NCBI GenBank assembly: GCA_951406725.2
Contig: OX597817.1
Location: forward strand, 69,688,001 to 69,752,000
Direction: 5' to 3'
DNA length: 64,000 nucleotides
Source: Octopus vulgaris
Lineage: Eukaryota
Shown here: positions 41,033 to 54,043 of the stretch, piece after piece
Layout of the letters: every line of letters begins with the position of its first letter
Numbering within the stretch: the first letter of the stretch is position 1
Notes under the pieces: model-generated
What the model was told of the DNA's origin: nothing
What the model saw: the letters and a program-made list of their open reading frames with translations, nothing else
The model's database searches: none
Made by a program: the position numbers and the translations under genes

Positions 41033-41599
41033 TGGTTGTGAGTAAATTTGATGGATAGTTAGGCTGTGCGAATGAAACAGTAATATAATGGAAATTTTAC
41101 GTTACTAATTGATCTTACAACCACATACTGACAGTCATGTTTTCCTTATCAATCTCTCTGTCTACCACTTTTCAATTACTCTTTCAATTAGATTCTTTCT
41201 CTATATGTAAGCACTGTCACGATGTCATTGGAATTTTAATGTCCGTCCCAATACCTTGCCATATAGTCTATTATTTTTATTGTATATGACAGAATATATT
41301 ATTTCATTATTTTAAAGATAAATTAATACGATGGGAAAATTGACATATATTACAATTTTATTCATTTACTCGTTTCAGCTTTCGAAACTCAGCCATATTG
41401 GGGCAACTCCATATTAGGATATTCTTCTTTTGAAAGTGCCAAAGTTTTATGCGCTCAGTCCATTTCAATGTAAGAAGATATCAATCTTTGTGGGGAAAAA
41501 ATGGTTAGGTCAAGAATAAAAGAAAGACAATTCCAGAGAATGTACGATAAACAGAAGCCTACAACGTAATTCGAAGTTTTCAAATACACAACAGGTAAT

Positions 41600-43925
41600 T
41601 GTAAATCAAACAGTTGAAGTTTTCAGTCACAGAGAAACTTCTCGACAAGATTATCACAGGATGTCGAAGTTTGATGTTAATCGGAAAGTAGAGTTGCTGC
41701 AAAACGATAACAAGAAACAACAAGAACAGAAGCAAGATGCGATAGAGAAAGAATAAGAATACTTGAAACACAAAAAGAAAAAAAAAAACAGAGAAGACGA
41801 AGAACTCAAAGACTGTAAAATAAAATTGCAGAAGAAACATCCAAAAAGAAAGGTAATTGCTACAGATGGATATAAGGTTTTTTTATAGCCAGAGAAAGAA
41901 GAATATTGTACTAACAGAAGACAAAGAAATGGGAATATTTCTCGCAGTAGAAAAATAGCAAAGTTCAGAAGAATACAGTAAACAGTAATTCTTTTCAAGA
42001 AGAAAATTGCTGTATCCTTTTTATGTGTCTATGTAAATTCTTTCATAATATGGTAGTGCCAAACATTCTTATCAGAACGCCTCTTAGAGAGTAAATTCAA
42101 TAACTTGCTGTCACAAAGGTAAAACAATATTGCTTAACTAAAGAGAAACAGCGTAATATATTTGTAATTTAATGAGACAAGCAAGGAATCCTAATTACTG
42201 AAACTTCAAAGGCAATATTAACTCTCACTTCTGCTTCATTGGAAGCTCACATGTCTGATGCTGCAGGTCACTAGCTGCGTTTTTTTTCCCTTCATGGCGT
42301 CCAAGGCTATCATTGCACGGCCAATATGATTACTATTGGATGAAAACCTCGACTTAATTTACCCAAGTAATCCCTGATACTAGATTAGAGAATTAGACTA
42401 ATGAAATATGTATCCCTGAAAATTATGACCACTTCAGATCAATTAGAGCAATATTAATGCTTAACAAGTTAAAAGTGAAGAAGCTCAATAAACTGCAGAG
42501 TATAATATCCTAACACCAGTTGTCAAAGTGACATTTTTAGAAATACCGAAATAACATAACAAGAGGTTACAACTTACCAAATCTAGATGTGATGGAAGCA
42601 CTCCGTCGGTTACGACGACGAGGGTTCCGGTTGATCTGAATCAACGGAACAGCCTACTCGTGAAATTAACGTGTAAGTGGCTGAGCACTCCACAGACACG
42701 GGGATATTCAGCGTGGCACAGAGAGTGACAAGGCCGGCCCTTTGAAATACAGGTACAACAGAAACAGGAAGTAAGAGTGAGAGAAAGTTGTGGTGAAAGA
42801 GTACAGCAGGGATCACCACCATCCCTGCCGGAGCCTCGTGGAGCTTTAGGTGTTTTCGCTCAATAAACACTCACAACGCCCGGTCTGGGAATCGAAACCG
42901 CGATCCTATGACCGCGAGTCCGCTGCCCTAACCACTGGGCCATTGCGCCTCCACAATCTAGATGTAGTAGCTATGGGGTTAAAGAGTAATGACGTTGAAT
43001 CGTCTTTTGAACTTGCCTTTGCTCTTTACTCTAAAACTCAAGAAATTCTCACTTTTGAACATACAACAGTCTAAATTTTGAATCAATGTCTAACACATTA
43101 TTATGACTTTATGATGAACTAGGATGGCAACCAAGATTGAAAATTAATCCCGAACTGAGTAACAATTACAGATGCGCTATTATACGCAGGTTGAAAAACA
43201 AAGTAATTCAGATACTAATAAAAGACGAATAGAATAGTTTCCTGCAGCAATGGGTTGTCGATTTTTGTCTTCAAGTTGTGTCAATACTTAAAGTTATGTC
43301 AACAAGGACGTCTCAGAGTTGAACATTACCAAAAGATATTGACTTAGTAGCTTCCACTGTAGCCGATGATGCAAGAACTTAGCCTATTCTGGACTTACAT
43401 TTATTTTGCCATCATCATCATTTCAGTGGTCTTCGAGGAACACAAGAGAACGTTACTGAAAAGGCCGTTGCTGTGGTGAGAAAATTTGATAAGCCAGATT
43501 TATTTACTATTACGACATGCAATACTGCCTCGAACGAATTAAAGATAATCTCCTTCCTAGACAACTCTCTTTAGACAGAGTAGATATTATTGTAACAGTG
43601 TTTAAGATAAAATTGACAGATTTATTGAACGATAATCTGGAAAATAATATTTAGGGAAGTATTAAACCATATTGCTATTTATCGAATTTCGGAAACGAGG
43701 ATTACCTCGCGCTTATATTCTGTCATCTTGAACGAAGAAGATAAATTTAATGATCCAGACAAAATAGACTAAGTTGTGTGCAGAGATAAATCTATATACT
43801 GAGCAATCACTATACAAAACCGTTTTGAAATGCATGATTCACGGTCTCTATGGCAAGCTAGATTCTAATGCAGAACCATGCATAGAGTGTAATAAACGGA
43901 GTAGAGGTTTCCCCTGTGTGATTCA
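41600..43925 (+). mobile_element. Decayed autonomous Helitron (Rep domain)
   Basis: AVVRKFDKPDLFTITTCN (motif 1), DRVDIIVTVFKIKL, IEFRKRGLPRAYIL (motif 2, HUH mutated), MIHGLYG at 43470-43920; upstream extent is inferred. Confidence 0.8.
42591..42954 (-). mobile_element. SINE family C, full-length, 11-bp TSD
   Basis: AATCTAGATGT at 42580-42590 and 42955-42965; tRNA-like head TGGCCCAGTGGTTAGGG..GGTTTCGATTCC. Confidence 0.93.
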
Positions 43926-44187
43926 AGCAAATATTGACTAGTGTCTATATCTATATTTGTATGTGTGTGTCTGTGTGTATGCATGTATGCACACACACAC
44001 ACACACACACGTCTATCTATATATATATATGTGTGTGTATGTGCGTGAGTGTGTGTGTGCGCGTGTGTATATGTGTATGTATAGATATAATGTATTTATG
44101 TATATATATATATAGATATATATGTATATATCTATATCAATATCTATACATCCATCCATCCATACATGCATATACATATATATATAT

Positions 44188-44330
<143 letters not shown>

Positions 44331-45086
44331 TTACACACATATGTGTGTGTATGCATGGCATGTATTTATATATATATAGTAGAAATTTAGAGAAAAACAA
44401 ACGCGCCTATTTTAATACAACATGCTTGCTGCCTCACCCAAAATCATTTGGCGACGAAGACAATAGCGATACTTTGTTTAGAAGAGAACAAAATCTAATT
44501 TTTCTGCTGCTCATCTTCACTCTCTGCTTAGTCTTTTTCCTGGTAAGAAATTTACTTTCTATTCTTTCTTCGCATCTTTATTTAATTTTTTTTGTCGTCT
44601 TGTCGTTATCCTCGACGTCGATGCAGCTGTTGTATTACTTCTTTTTGAAAATCTTTAAGCTAGCAGGTCTATGAATAGCAAATTAATTACTTTTATTAGC
44701 TAATGGAGAACTGCTATAAAAGAAAAGCGAAACCTACTTTTCTTGTTGATGTTCAAGTAATCTTGCTATTTTAATTGATCATCAACTAACCTTTCCGAGA
44801 TTATATTAATGAATTAAGAAACAATAGAAACGAACTGATCAACGAACAAACGAACAAAGAAAAAAAAACTTAGACATGGAAGAAAGCAAGAGGTCAAGGT
44901 CAAAAGAGTGCTACAAACATTTGACATGTGGTAAGGAAAACAGAAAATACCTCCATGAACGAAACTAGGGAGATTGTGACTGACTGACGGGCTAGAAATA
45001 GCAACCAAAGTTTCCTAAAACCACACTGGATTGTTTTAGATGGGAGGCCACCTTCTATAATATAGTCCCACAGTTCTAGATATCTT

Positions 45087-45490
45087 GGATCTTTTCGGCT
45101 TGAACGGCAGTTTTTAACAGAATTTCTAGGCAACTAAAAAATTTTAAACTTCGTATACTGGTAGAATGTGTTTATAAAACATCTTTTTCTCTTGGCTTTA
45201 TTGAGAAAATTCTATAGTTTGTAAGATATTTCTGCAATTTCAACCAATCAATTACGTCCATTAAGGTAAAAAAAACATTCCGTGCCGTATGAATATGTCC
45301 CTCGTTTAAGAAACAGATTGGGTTTATTTACATTTGTGAAGAAAAAGATACCCTTCCCCCACCCCTAACCCTAACTAACCCTAACCCTAAAACAGATTGA
45401 AATGCAATAGACCGATACTAGGGTCATAATTATGGGTGACAATTTCATATGACACCGCTAGAAAAACTGCCGTTCAAACCGAAAAGATCC
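45087..45490. mobile_element. MITE with 29-bp TIRs and 8-bp TSD (Merlin-like)
   Basis: TIR GGATCTTTTCGG(C/T)TTGAACGGCAGTTTTT; TSD GATATCTT at 45079-45086 and 45491-45498; superfamily inferred from GG termini and TSD length. Confidence 0.88.
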
Positions 45491-45919
45491 GATATCTTTA
45501 AAAGAATATGGCTGTAAGGTTGAAAGTTTTGTGTGTTTGTGTTTGTGTGTGTGTGTGTGTGTGTGTACATACACATCGGATTTGTATCTCGTTTGCAAAA
45601 TTCTTTATGTGAATTCGTGTGTTGAAACAAAATTTTGCTGAGTCTAGGGAAAGACATTATGCCAATACTATTAACACGCACAAGTTCAGTTCCACTCCTT
45701 TATTATTAGTCATTTAGTTAAATATCCAACTAACTAATCGATTGTTTGTTTAATATGGTTAAACAGTAAGTCATTTGTTTTGTTTTTGTTTGTTAAAGCT
45801 TTCGTTGCAACATGCAACATGCAACCTTTTGAAAGTTATTGAAAATGTTGCTTCGGAAGACCTCGGAAAAAAGATCATCTGCAGTGTTAATAATATTGGC
45901 ATAATCGCTCTCCTTCGAC

Positions 45920-45960
<41 letters not shown>

Positions 45961-45965
<5 letters not shown>

Positions 45966-46280
45966 TACAAAAAAATAAAAAAAAACACCTTTTATCAATT
46001 CAATAGTGAAAAATTAATACCATTTAGAAAAATTACATATTATAAAAAGATCAAAAATAAGATAAAACATATAACAATGATTAAGTAATATGCAAAATTG
46101 TAAATAAAACGGATATATACCAAATATATATGTTTTATTTACTATTTTGCATATTACTTAATCATTGTTATATGTTTTATGTTATATTTAATCTTTCTAT
46201 AATATGTAATTTTTCTAAATGGTATAATTTAATTTTTCATTATTGAATTGATAAAAGAAAGGCTTTTTTTCTAATTTATA
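45961..46280. repeat. AT-rich palindrome, arms about 150 bp
   Basis: Arms are reverse complements around about 46120. Confidence 0.9.
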
Positions 46281-46329
46281 CATATATATTATATTTTGTG
46301 AAATTTGATTTAGTATTTCTAAATTGAAT

Positions 46330-46366
46330 TTTTTTCCTGTAAGTTTGGAATAATATTCCATAATAT

Positions 46367-46444
<78 letters not shown>

Positions 46445-46489
46445 GTTTGTATATATACACACACACATATATATATATAAAATATATAT

Positions 46490-46534
<45 letters not shown>

Positions 46535-46894
46535 CAATTGAGGATAAAATCTTTAAAAGAAATTATCAGTAGTCAGCGTGAAAAACCTCGTAAGAGAAAA
46601 AATTCGTAAATTCTTCCCCTTTGAAAATATTCATTTATATTTTATATTATATTGAGGGTACTACTATACGTAGATACCAACACGCTAAGAGGGACCAATG
46701 CGGTCAAAACTACTAAAAATAAACAAAATTTTACCGAATGCAAAACTTCAAAACACATCATTTTAAAAAAGAATTCAGTTACATATCACATGTGATTTCG
46801 CATTTAATGCTGAATATGCATTTCATGTTCGTCTCTTACGAGGTTTTTCACGCTGACTACTGATAATTTCTTTTAAAGATTTTATCCTCAATTG

Positions 46895-46973
<79 letters not shown>

Positions 46974-46982
46974 ATATATACA

Positions 46983-47031
<49 letters not shown>

Positions 47032-47091
47032 TATATATATACATATATATATATAATATTATGGAATATTATTCCAAACTTACAGGGAAAA
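46330..47091. repeat. Inverted repeat, arms about 260 bp, spacer about 235 bp
   Basis: 46330-46596 mirrors 46832-47091, including the internal microsatellite. Confidence 0.9.
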
Positions 47092-47200
47092 TATAAGAAA
47101 AAACATAACATTACAAACTCGATAGCCAACCGTAGAATTCGTCGTAGCATGTACGAATGTTTATCCTTACATATCTATGAAAATGGCGGGCTTCTTCGTA

Positions 47201-47253
<53 letters not shown>

Positions 47254-47294
47254 GTAAAATAATATGTGACAATTATTCGGTTGCCATAATAAAA

Positions 47295-48465
47295 CTCCGA
47301 GTTTCAGCACTCTGCATCTCAAAGTAAGGCTCGTTTGGCCTACATAATTGTGGCCACAACCTGAGCAGGTTAGGACATAGGTAAGGTTCTGGGAAACGCA
47401 TGTGAAATTGGTCTTAACTAAAAATTTTCCTCCTTGCTGGAATGTGAATTCCGAGCCTTCAGTTAGGTATGGGCATGTACCACAATTAGGTCGTCTGCAT
47501 ATTTTAGCTGTTGGCTTAGTATGTATTGAGTATAGTTTTGCAATTGTTAGGAGTCTCTTAAGTGATTTGTATTGTCTTTTGCATTTGAGGAGTTTATGTG
47601 TATTTAGAATGTTGTTCAATTGTGGGTCTTGAGTGAACAGAGGGAAATTTTGCATAATTGTGTTGTATGCTTCATTGTTTCTGGGATTGTGGGTTGATAT
47701 TTACGGGAGTGCTTTAAAGTGAGGTGTGGCGTTTTGTTTTGTTGTCTCTAGTGTGTTTGTGTCCATCAATGAGTGTTATTTTGAGGTCTTGTAGGCGAAG
47801 TTCCCGAGTAGTTGTATCAGATACAATTGTACAGAACCTTTTTGCTAGATTGAATGGGATATTTGTTTTGGAGTGTTTAGGATGGCATGAACTGAAAAGG
47901 AGATACTGTTTTGAGTCTGTTGATTTGTAGTAGATGTCAGTTGCAATTTGGTGGTTGGACTTTTTATGATCAAAATGTCCAGAAATGGGAGCTGTTCCTT
48001 GCTATATTCCATTGTAAACTGAATATCAGAGTTTATATTGTTCAGCGTAGATTTGAAATCCAGAAGTTTATTATAGGTTTCATTCCAGATGATAAAACGA
48101 TCGTCTAGGTACCTTTTCCAACTTTCTCTTATATACTGGTGGAATTGGGGTCCAAATTTTTGGAGCGAAAGTTCATATAGGATACATCCAAAGAAACCCA
48201 TTATTAGGTTCGTAAGGACAAGAGCTACTTTTGTTCCCATCGCAATACCGCATTTTTGGTGGCAGTATGTTTCATCAAATAGGAAGTAATTGTTTCGTAT
48301 GATTAACTTCAGAGATTCAATGTCAAAACTTTGGTTTATGCGGTCCGGGAGAACTTCGGGGTCTTTTTCTAACCAGAATTTTATTGCCTCTATTCTCTAG
48401 TCATGAGGAATGTTAGTGTAGAGGTTGATGACATCGAAGGAGACTAATAGTGCTTCTTCGTTGGC
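47295..48465 (-). mobile_element. Penelope-like element (Neptune type), RT plus GIY-YIG, degenerate
   Basis: FDVINLYTNIPH, GIAMGTK..NLIMG, WKRYLDD, LPFLDILI, SCHPKH..NIPFNLAKR, CRRPNCGTC, NLTYVLTCSGCGHNYVGQT. Confidence 0.95.
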
Positions 48466-49147
48466 CAAACGTGCCTTACTTTGAGACGCAGAGTTACGCT
48501 GCATAGAGAACGAATTCGTTTTCATTAATACAGACAGATAACCCTGAGCGAACATATTGACAAATGCACAAAAAATAAAACACCGAATTTCCATATTTTT
48601 CCATTATACCAATGCAAAAATTCAATCTCCTTACAAGAACGCATAAACAAGGAAAACCTGTTCATACAAAATCACAGATCACACCTTAATATACAAACTT
48701 GACCACCGTACCGTACACATTCCTATTTCAACAATTATACTGAGGAGTTAGTTGTCCCCCCTTGCCCCCTGTTGGCGCCCTTTGTCCACTCCCTAGACTC
48801 ATTCTTACTTTTTAAGTATCCAAAATAGCAAGACTCCTTTCTCACAAGAAATGATTACTTCATAATGTCCCTTGAAAAGCAAATTTAAATAGCAAAAACT
48901 AGTTGGATATCACAACATCCATAAAGTAAGTATATATATAAAAAAATCTTTTATAAAAAGATATTAAATTATGTGAAACGAAGGCATTTCTCTTCCACTT
49001 TTTATATATGTTTTTCTCATATTTTGAACTCATAATTTTGCCACATGGTGTATACTGATTCTCCTGTGTTTTTGTTCCTTTTCTATTATTGTGTGTATAT
49101 ATATATAAATATATGTATGCATATATGCTTATATATATCTACATATC

Positions 49148-49218
<71 letters not shown>

Positions 49219-49999
49219 ATGTATGCATATATTGGTACAGGACATCAAAAAAACTTAGAATGAGAAACGGGAACATAAAAAACAAAAACATAGAAAACGA
49301 ACATTTTTCTGACAAGAAAAAAACAGAGAAACTAGACATGCAAGATAAAGAACACTCCCTTCATCAGTTGTTCCCTGTTTTATCTACTCCGCGTTCCGAA
49401 GGTAAGGACAAGACGCGACTTCGTTAAAACAATGCTTCCCGCAAAGCAAATTAAATAAAATTTGGGATATTTTGCAGTGTGTGAAAGTGGTAACAAAAAC
49501 AGGACAATGAGAACAAAACAGTAAAATCAAACGGTGAGGGCTGCACCACTTCACATTGTCTTGGCTTATTATTTATTCTATATCTTTTTAAAATTTCCCC
49601 CGTGCGTTATCCCTTACAATGCGTCTTGACCTAACAATTCTTAATATTTGTCTTCGTGAATTGTTTACTCTGTACGTACACTTTGTTGCTGCTTGTTCTT
49701 TCGAAGCCCTAACTCTGCACAAATTTTATAGTTTTGAAATTTCTGGATGCTGCTGTCTTATAAAGTATTCCTAACACGTCGTTAAAAGCACGAAATAGGC
49801 AGTAATAAAGAATCGGCAATTAATGAGCGAGTTATCTTCTTTCGGTATTTTGTCCTGGACTTATCTCTCGTGTTGATGATGTCCCGTACTTAATATGTAT
49901 ACACATACAAACATATATATGCATACAAACATTATATATACATATATAGATATATACATACATTTATATATATATGTGTGTATGTGTGAACGAACATAC

Positions 50000-50030
<31 letters not shown>

Positions 50031-50289
50031 TGTATGTATGTATGTATGTATGTATGTATGTATGTATGCATGTATTTATGTATGTATGTGTGTATATATG
50101 CATGTATGTATGTATGTACGTATGTATGTATGTATGAGTGCATTTATCGTAGGGGGAGGGATATATATGACAGCTATTTCAAGAAAAATCTTACTTTCAT
50201 AAATCTCTCAAAAATATTTTATTGTATTCTTGTGTTAATGCATAAAAGTCAAATTGGAAATTAGGTTTCATTTTCAATTTATAGCCGTC

Positions 50290-50775
50290 ATCAACGCCAT
50301 CTATCATAATCATCTTCGTCGTCGTCGTTGTCGAAGTCAACATCATAACTTCCTCATCACAAACATCATCATCTTAAATCATCATCAGCACCACCAGCAC
50401 CACCATCATCATCACCATTATCATCAATACTACCACAACCACTACATCAATCATCATCATCATTATCCTTATGATGCCATCATCATAACCATTTCTATCA
50501 TCATCTTCCTCCTCTTCATCAGCATCATCTTCGTCATCATCATTATCACCGTCATCGTCGTCTTCGGTGCTGTCGTTGCCAAAACTATTATACATCGCCA
50601 TCTTGTACGTCACTTGTGTCATCATGATTGGGATCGTTGTAATGAGATTCGAAGACAGACAAATCATCAATACCATCATCATTGTCATCATCGTCATCAT
50701 GGTCATTGTAAATAGCTATCATCACCATCTTCATCCTCATCTTCTCATCTTTCTCCTCATCGAGTCATCATCGTA
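50290..50775. repeat. Degenerate (CAT)n repeat
   Basis: Direct reading; a similar tract lies at 58340-58580. Confidence 0.9.
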
Positions 50776-51154
50776 ATCATTACCTTTGTTGCTCGTCTTA
50801 CACACATACACAGACACATCTTTCTTTGAGTGTGTGTGTGTGTGTGTGTGTGTGTGTAGTAGAAAACACTTGCCCAAGGTGCCACGCAATGGGACCGACC
50901 CCGTAATCATGTGGTTGGTAAGCAAGCTACTTATCACACAGCAATTCCTGCACCTATATATGTATATACTCTCTCTCTTTTACTCTCTCTATATATACAC
51001 ATACATACATACATACATAATACATATATACATACATACGTACATAAATATATATAAATATATATATGTATATATAGAGAGAGATGCATATATAGATTTG
51101 TATACACACACATATATACATGCATATATAGATTTGTATACACACACATATACA

Positions 51155-51194
<40 letters not shown>

Positions 51195-51450
51195 CTCACA
51201 TACATATACACACATACATACACACATATTCACACACATATAATACAGATTATATATATATATATATATATATGTATCTTCATCGTATCATTGAAAATGA
51301 TTTGTATAACAAAAGACAAAAGCAATGAGAAATGTTTGAAAGACAACATCAATGGAAAACATTGGTATATGAACAATAAAAGTCATATAGTTACCAATGT
51401 TAAAGAATTGTAGCACACTGATATTTCCTATAATATACTATGAGTGTGTG

Positions 51451-51482
<32 letters not shown>

Positions 51483-51551
51483 CGTGTGTACACGTATGTG
51501 TGTGCGTATGTCTGTGTGTACACGTACATGTACATATACGTATGTATGTAC

Positions 51552-51600
<49 letters not shown>

Positions 51601-51749
51601 CGAAGACACACACATGTATATATTTATATAACTATACGGAATAGAACATATATTTCGCAACTATAACTTGAATATTTTCTCGCACGACGTTTAGTAAAAT
51701 GCTCAATGAAAAGGAATATATGTAGTTCCAGGGAGATAATATAATAATG

Positions 51750-51820
<71 letters not shown>

Positions 51821-51821
<1 letters not shown>

Positions 51822-52263
51822 GATGGGCTACAGCAAATATTCTGCTCAATACCACAGAGTTGCTTGTCAGTTGTTTGACCGTAACCAGTTGAGCATGTGC
51901 CTTACTGGATCAACATATGTGCATCTCTGATCACGAGCAGAAGTAGTGGGGGAGCATCATAGCCATGTGTTGAAAGGAATTCTTTGGGGTTTGAATAATT
52001 CACCTCTGGAAACATGGGTGGTTCGTTCAACATCCTTAAACAACCCTTATTCAAGGACCTTTTGAGCGGGATGGGTTACTCGACCAGAAGAAAATTCTAA
52101 CTCTGCCCCACCTGCAAGGTCATGTGCTGTTTATTTTGATATGAGATCAATGTCGCGCACATGTGGTTGTGATGCATGTGCCTGGTGTACCTTTATCAAC
52201 GGGTAGTCATGATGGGTATATTGGGCTTCGTATATTTTACCCCAGTGTCATTTGATAATGAAC
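51821..52263. mobile_element. Non-coding insert embedded in (TAA)n, probable Dong-type UTR
   Basis: Complex, more GC-rich 440-bp block with sharp edges inside (TAA)n; no protein motif recognised. Confidence 0.5.
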
Positions 52264-52299
<36 letters not shown>

Positions 52300-52344
52300 G
52301 GCAGAGAAAAATGATACTTTATTTTAATTATTTAATATTCATTT

Positions 52345-52552
52345 CAGATTTTGGTACAAGGCAGGCAATTTACTGGAAGTGAGTAGTCGATTACACCGGT
52401 GCCAGTGTTTCAGTGGTACTGAATTTATCGATATAAAGGGATGAAAAGCAAAGTCCCAATCGGCGATGTTTGAACTGAGAACGTGATGAGAGACGAAGGG
52501 TCGCTAAGCATTTTTGCTCGGCGTGCTAAAGATTGTGCTGGCTCACCGCCTC
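52345..52552 (-). mobile_element. SINE family B, old copy
   Basis: GGGATGAAAAGCAAAGTC..TTTGAACTGAGAACGT..GCTAAGCATTT..CTCACCGCC. Confidence 0.8.
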
Positions 52553-52593
52553 ACTAACGAATTCAATATCAACAATATATATGCTTAATAAGT

Positions 52594-52696
<103 letters not shown>

Positions 52697-53054
52697 CGAG
52701 CGCTCGTGTGTCTGTAGAATAATTAAGACATTATGCTATATCACTATTGGGAAAGTAATTTGCTGCTGGCAGAAAACAAAGTTTTGGAGTCTATTCATTT
52801 GATTAACTACGAATGGCGAAGCGCATGGAACGGATTGTAAAGATCACTAAATTGTACGAGACTAAAGACTTGGAAAATGAAGAAGTCATCTTGTTAGTAA
52901 TCTGATCAGAAAACGTATGCATGTATGTATGTATGTATGTATGTATGTATGTATGTATGTATGTACGTACGTACGTACGTAAATATCTGTCTGTTTGTCT
53001 GTCTGTCTCTATCTGTCTATCTATACACACACACACACACACATATATATAGCT

Positions 53055-53340
53055 GAAATTTACAGAAAAACAAAAGACGAAGACAGCTGTATGAACAACA
53101 GACAGGTGCATTCGTTTGACACTCGGGAAAGTGAGAAAGTCTTTTATGTTTCGAACCTACGCTCTTCAACAGAAAGGAGTAAGAGACAATAATCAGAGAG
53201 AGAAGAAAAAACAAATCTTGTGCATTGAGCTGATTGGAAAAAAAAAGTTTTGACAGAAGAGGTAAAAAGAAGGGGAGATAATAAAGTATCGGTGATCCCA
53301 AAATGAAGGTGCGCATGCGTGTGTGTGTATGTAGGAATCG
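53055..53340 (-). mobile_element. pLTR of the adjacent Penelope-like element, hammerhead at 53141-53176
   Basis: Minus CUUU-CUGUUGA-A-GAGC GUAG GUUC-GAAAC-AUA-AAAG, downstream of the GIY-YIG fragment on the same strand. Confidence 0.78.
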
Positions 53341-53349
53341 ATGAAGAGA

Positions 53350-53972
53350 GAAGGTGGCGTCCCGTTTGACCGATGTATAGAGAAGTGCAGAAGGAACAGG
53401 TGATGCAGTAAATGACGTTGCTAAAAGTGCAGTTAAAAGAGTTGGTGATGTGATAGGGACAATGCTGGGTTCCTGTGACGATGGTGATGTTGGGGAGGTA
53501 GGGACAAGTGCAGTAGCGTGAACGGGAACAGGGGAACGATCCAAGTTAGGAGGCGGGGTTAGGGAAGAAACTGTGGACCAGGACGTCACGCAGGTTCTGA
53601 GCTCGTTTGAAGGAGGGAAGGGGGTGGAGAAGATGTGCCAAGTGGAAGGGTTGGACTGGAATCGTCGGAAGGTACGGAAAATGGTGCGTTGGAGGGCAGG
53701 ATGGAGGGGTGGGAGGTAAGGGGAAACGGGAGACGGCAACGGTGGGGCGGGTGCAAGGAGAGAGAGCAGAGGCACTATCCACAGAACGTGTTCTGGCAAG
53801 GGCTGTGTTGATAGTGGATATCCACGAAGGATAAAGTGAGGAGCAATGTGTTGAGACTGAGTCTCAAAGTCATGGTTATTACTACAGAGCCTGCGCAGAC
53901 AAAGTAGGGGGTGGAGAGCTTGGTGTGGGTAAGGTAGTGTTTGTAGTGGATGGAGGTAGTGAGAGCGGAGCT
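53350..53972 (-). mobile_element. Penelope-like element linker plus GIY-YIG fragment
   Basis: SFKRAQNLRDVLVHS, GSFPCSR..CTCPY, FNCTFSNVIYCITCSFCTSLYIGQTGR. Confidence 0.88.
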
Positions 53973-54043
53973 ACATATACATACAAACATACATACATAC
54001 ATACATACATACATACATACATACATACATACATACATACATA

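Noticed and set aside
42876-42954. tRNA gene
   Set aside because: Head of SINE-C: no complete cloverleaf, continues into the SINE body and is flanked by a TSD
50254-50715. His-rich or acidic ORFs
   Set aside because: Degenerate (CAT)n repeat
52813-52905. 30-codon ORF MAKRMERIVKITKLYETKDLENEEVILLVI
   Set aside because: Too short, with no recognisable motif or splice support
53017-53799. 260-aa ORF as a host gene
   Set aside because: Mostly off-frame reading of a frameshifted Penelope-like fragment and its pLTR
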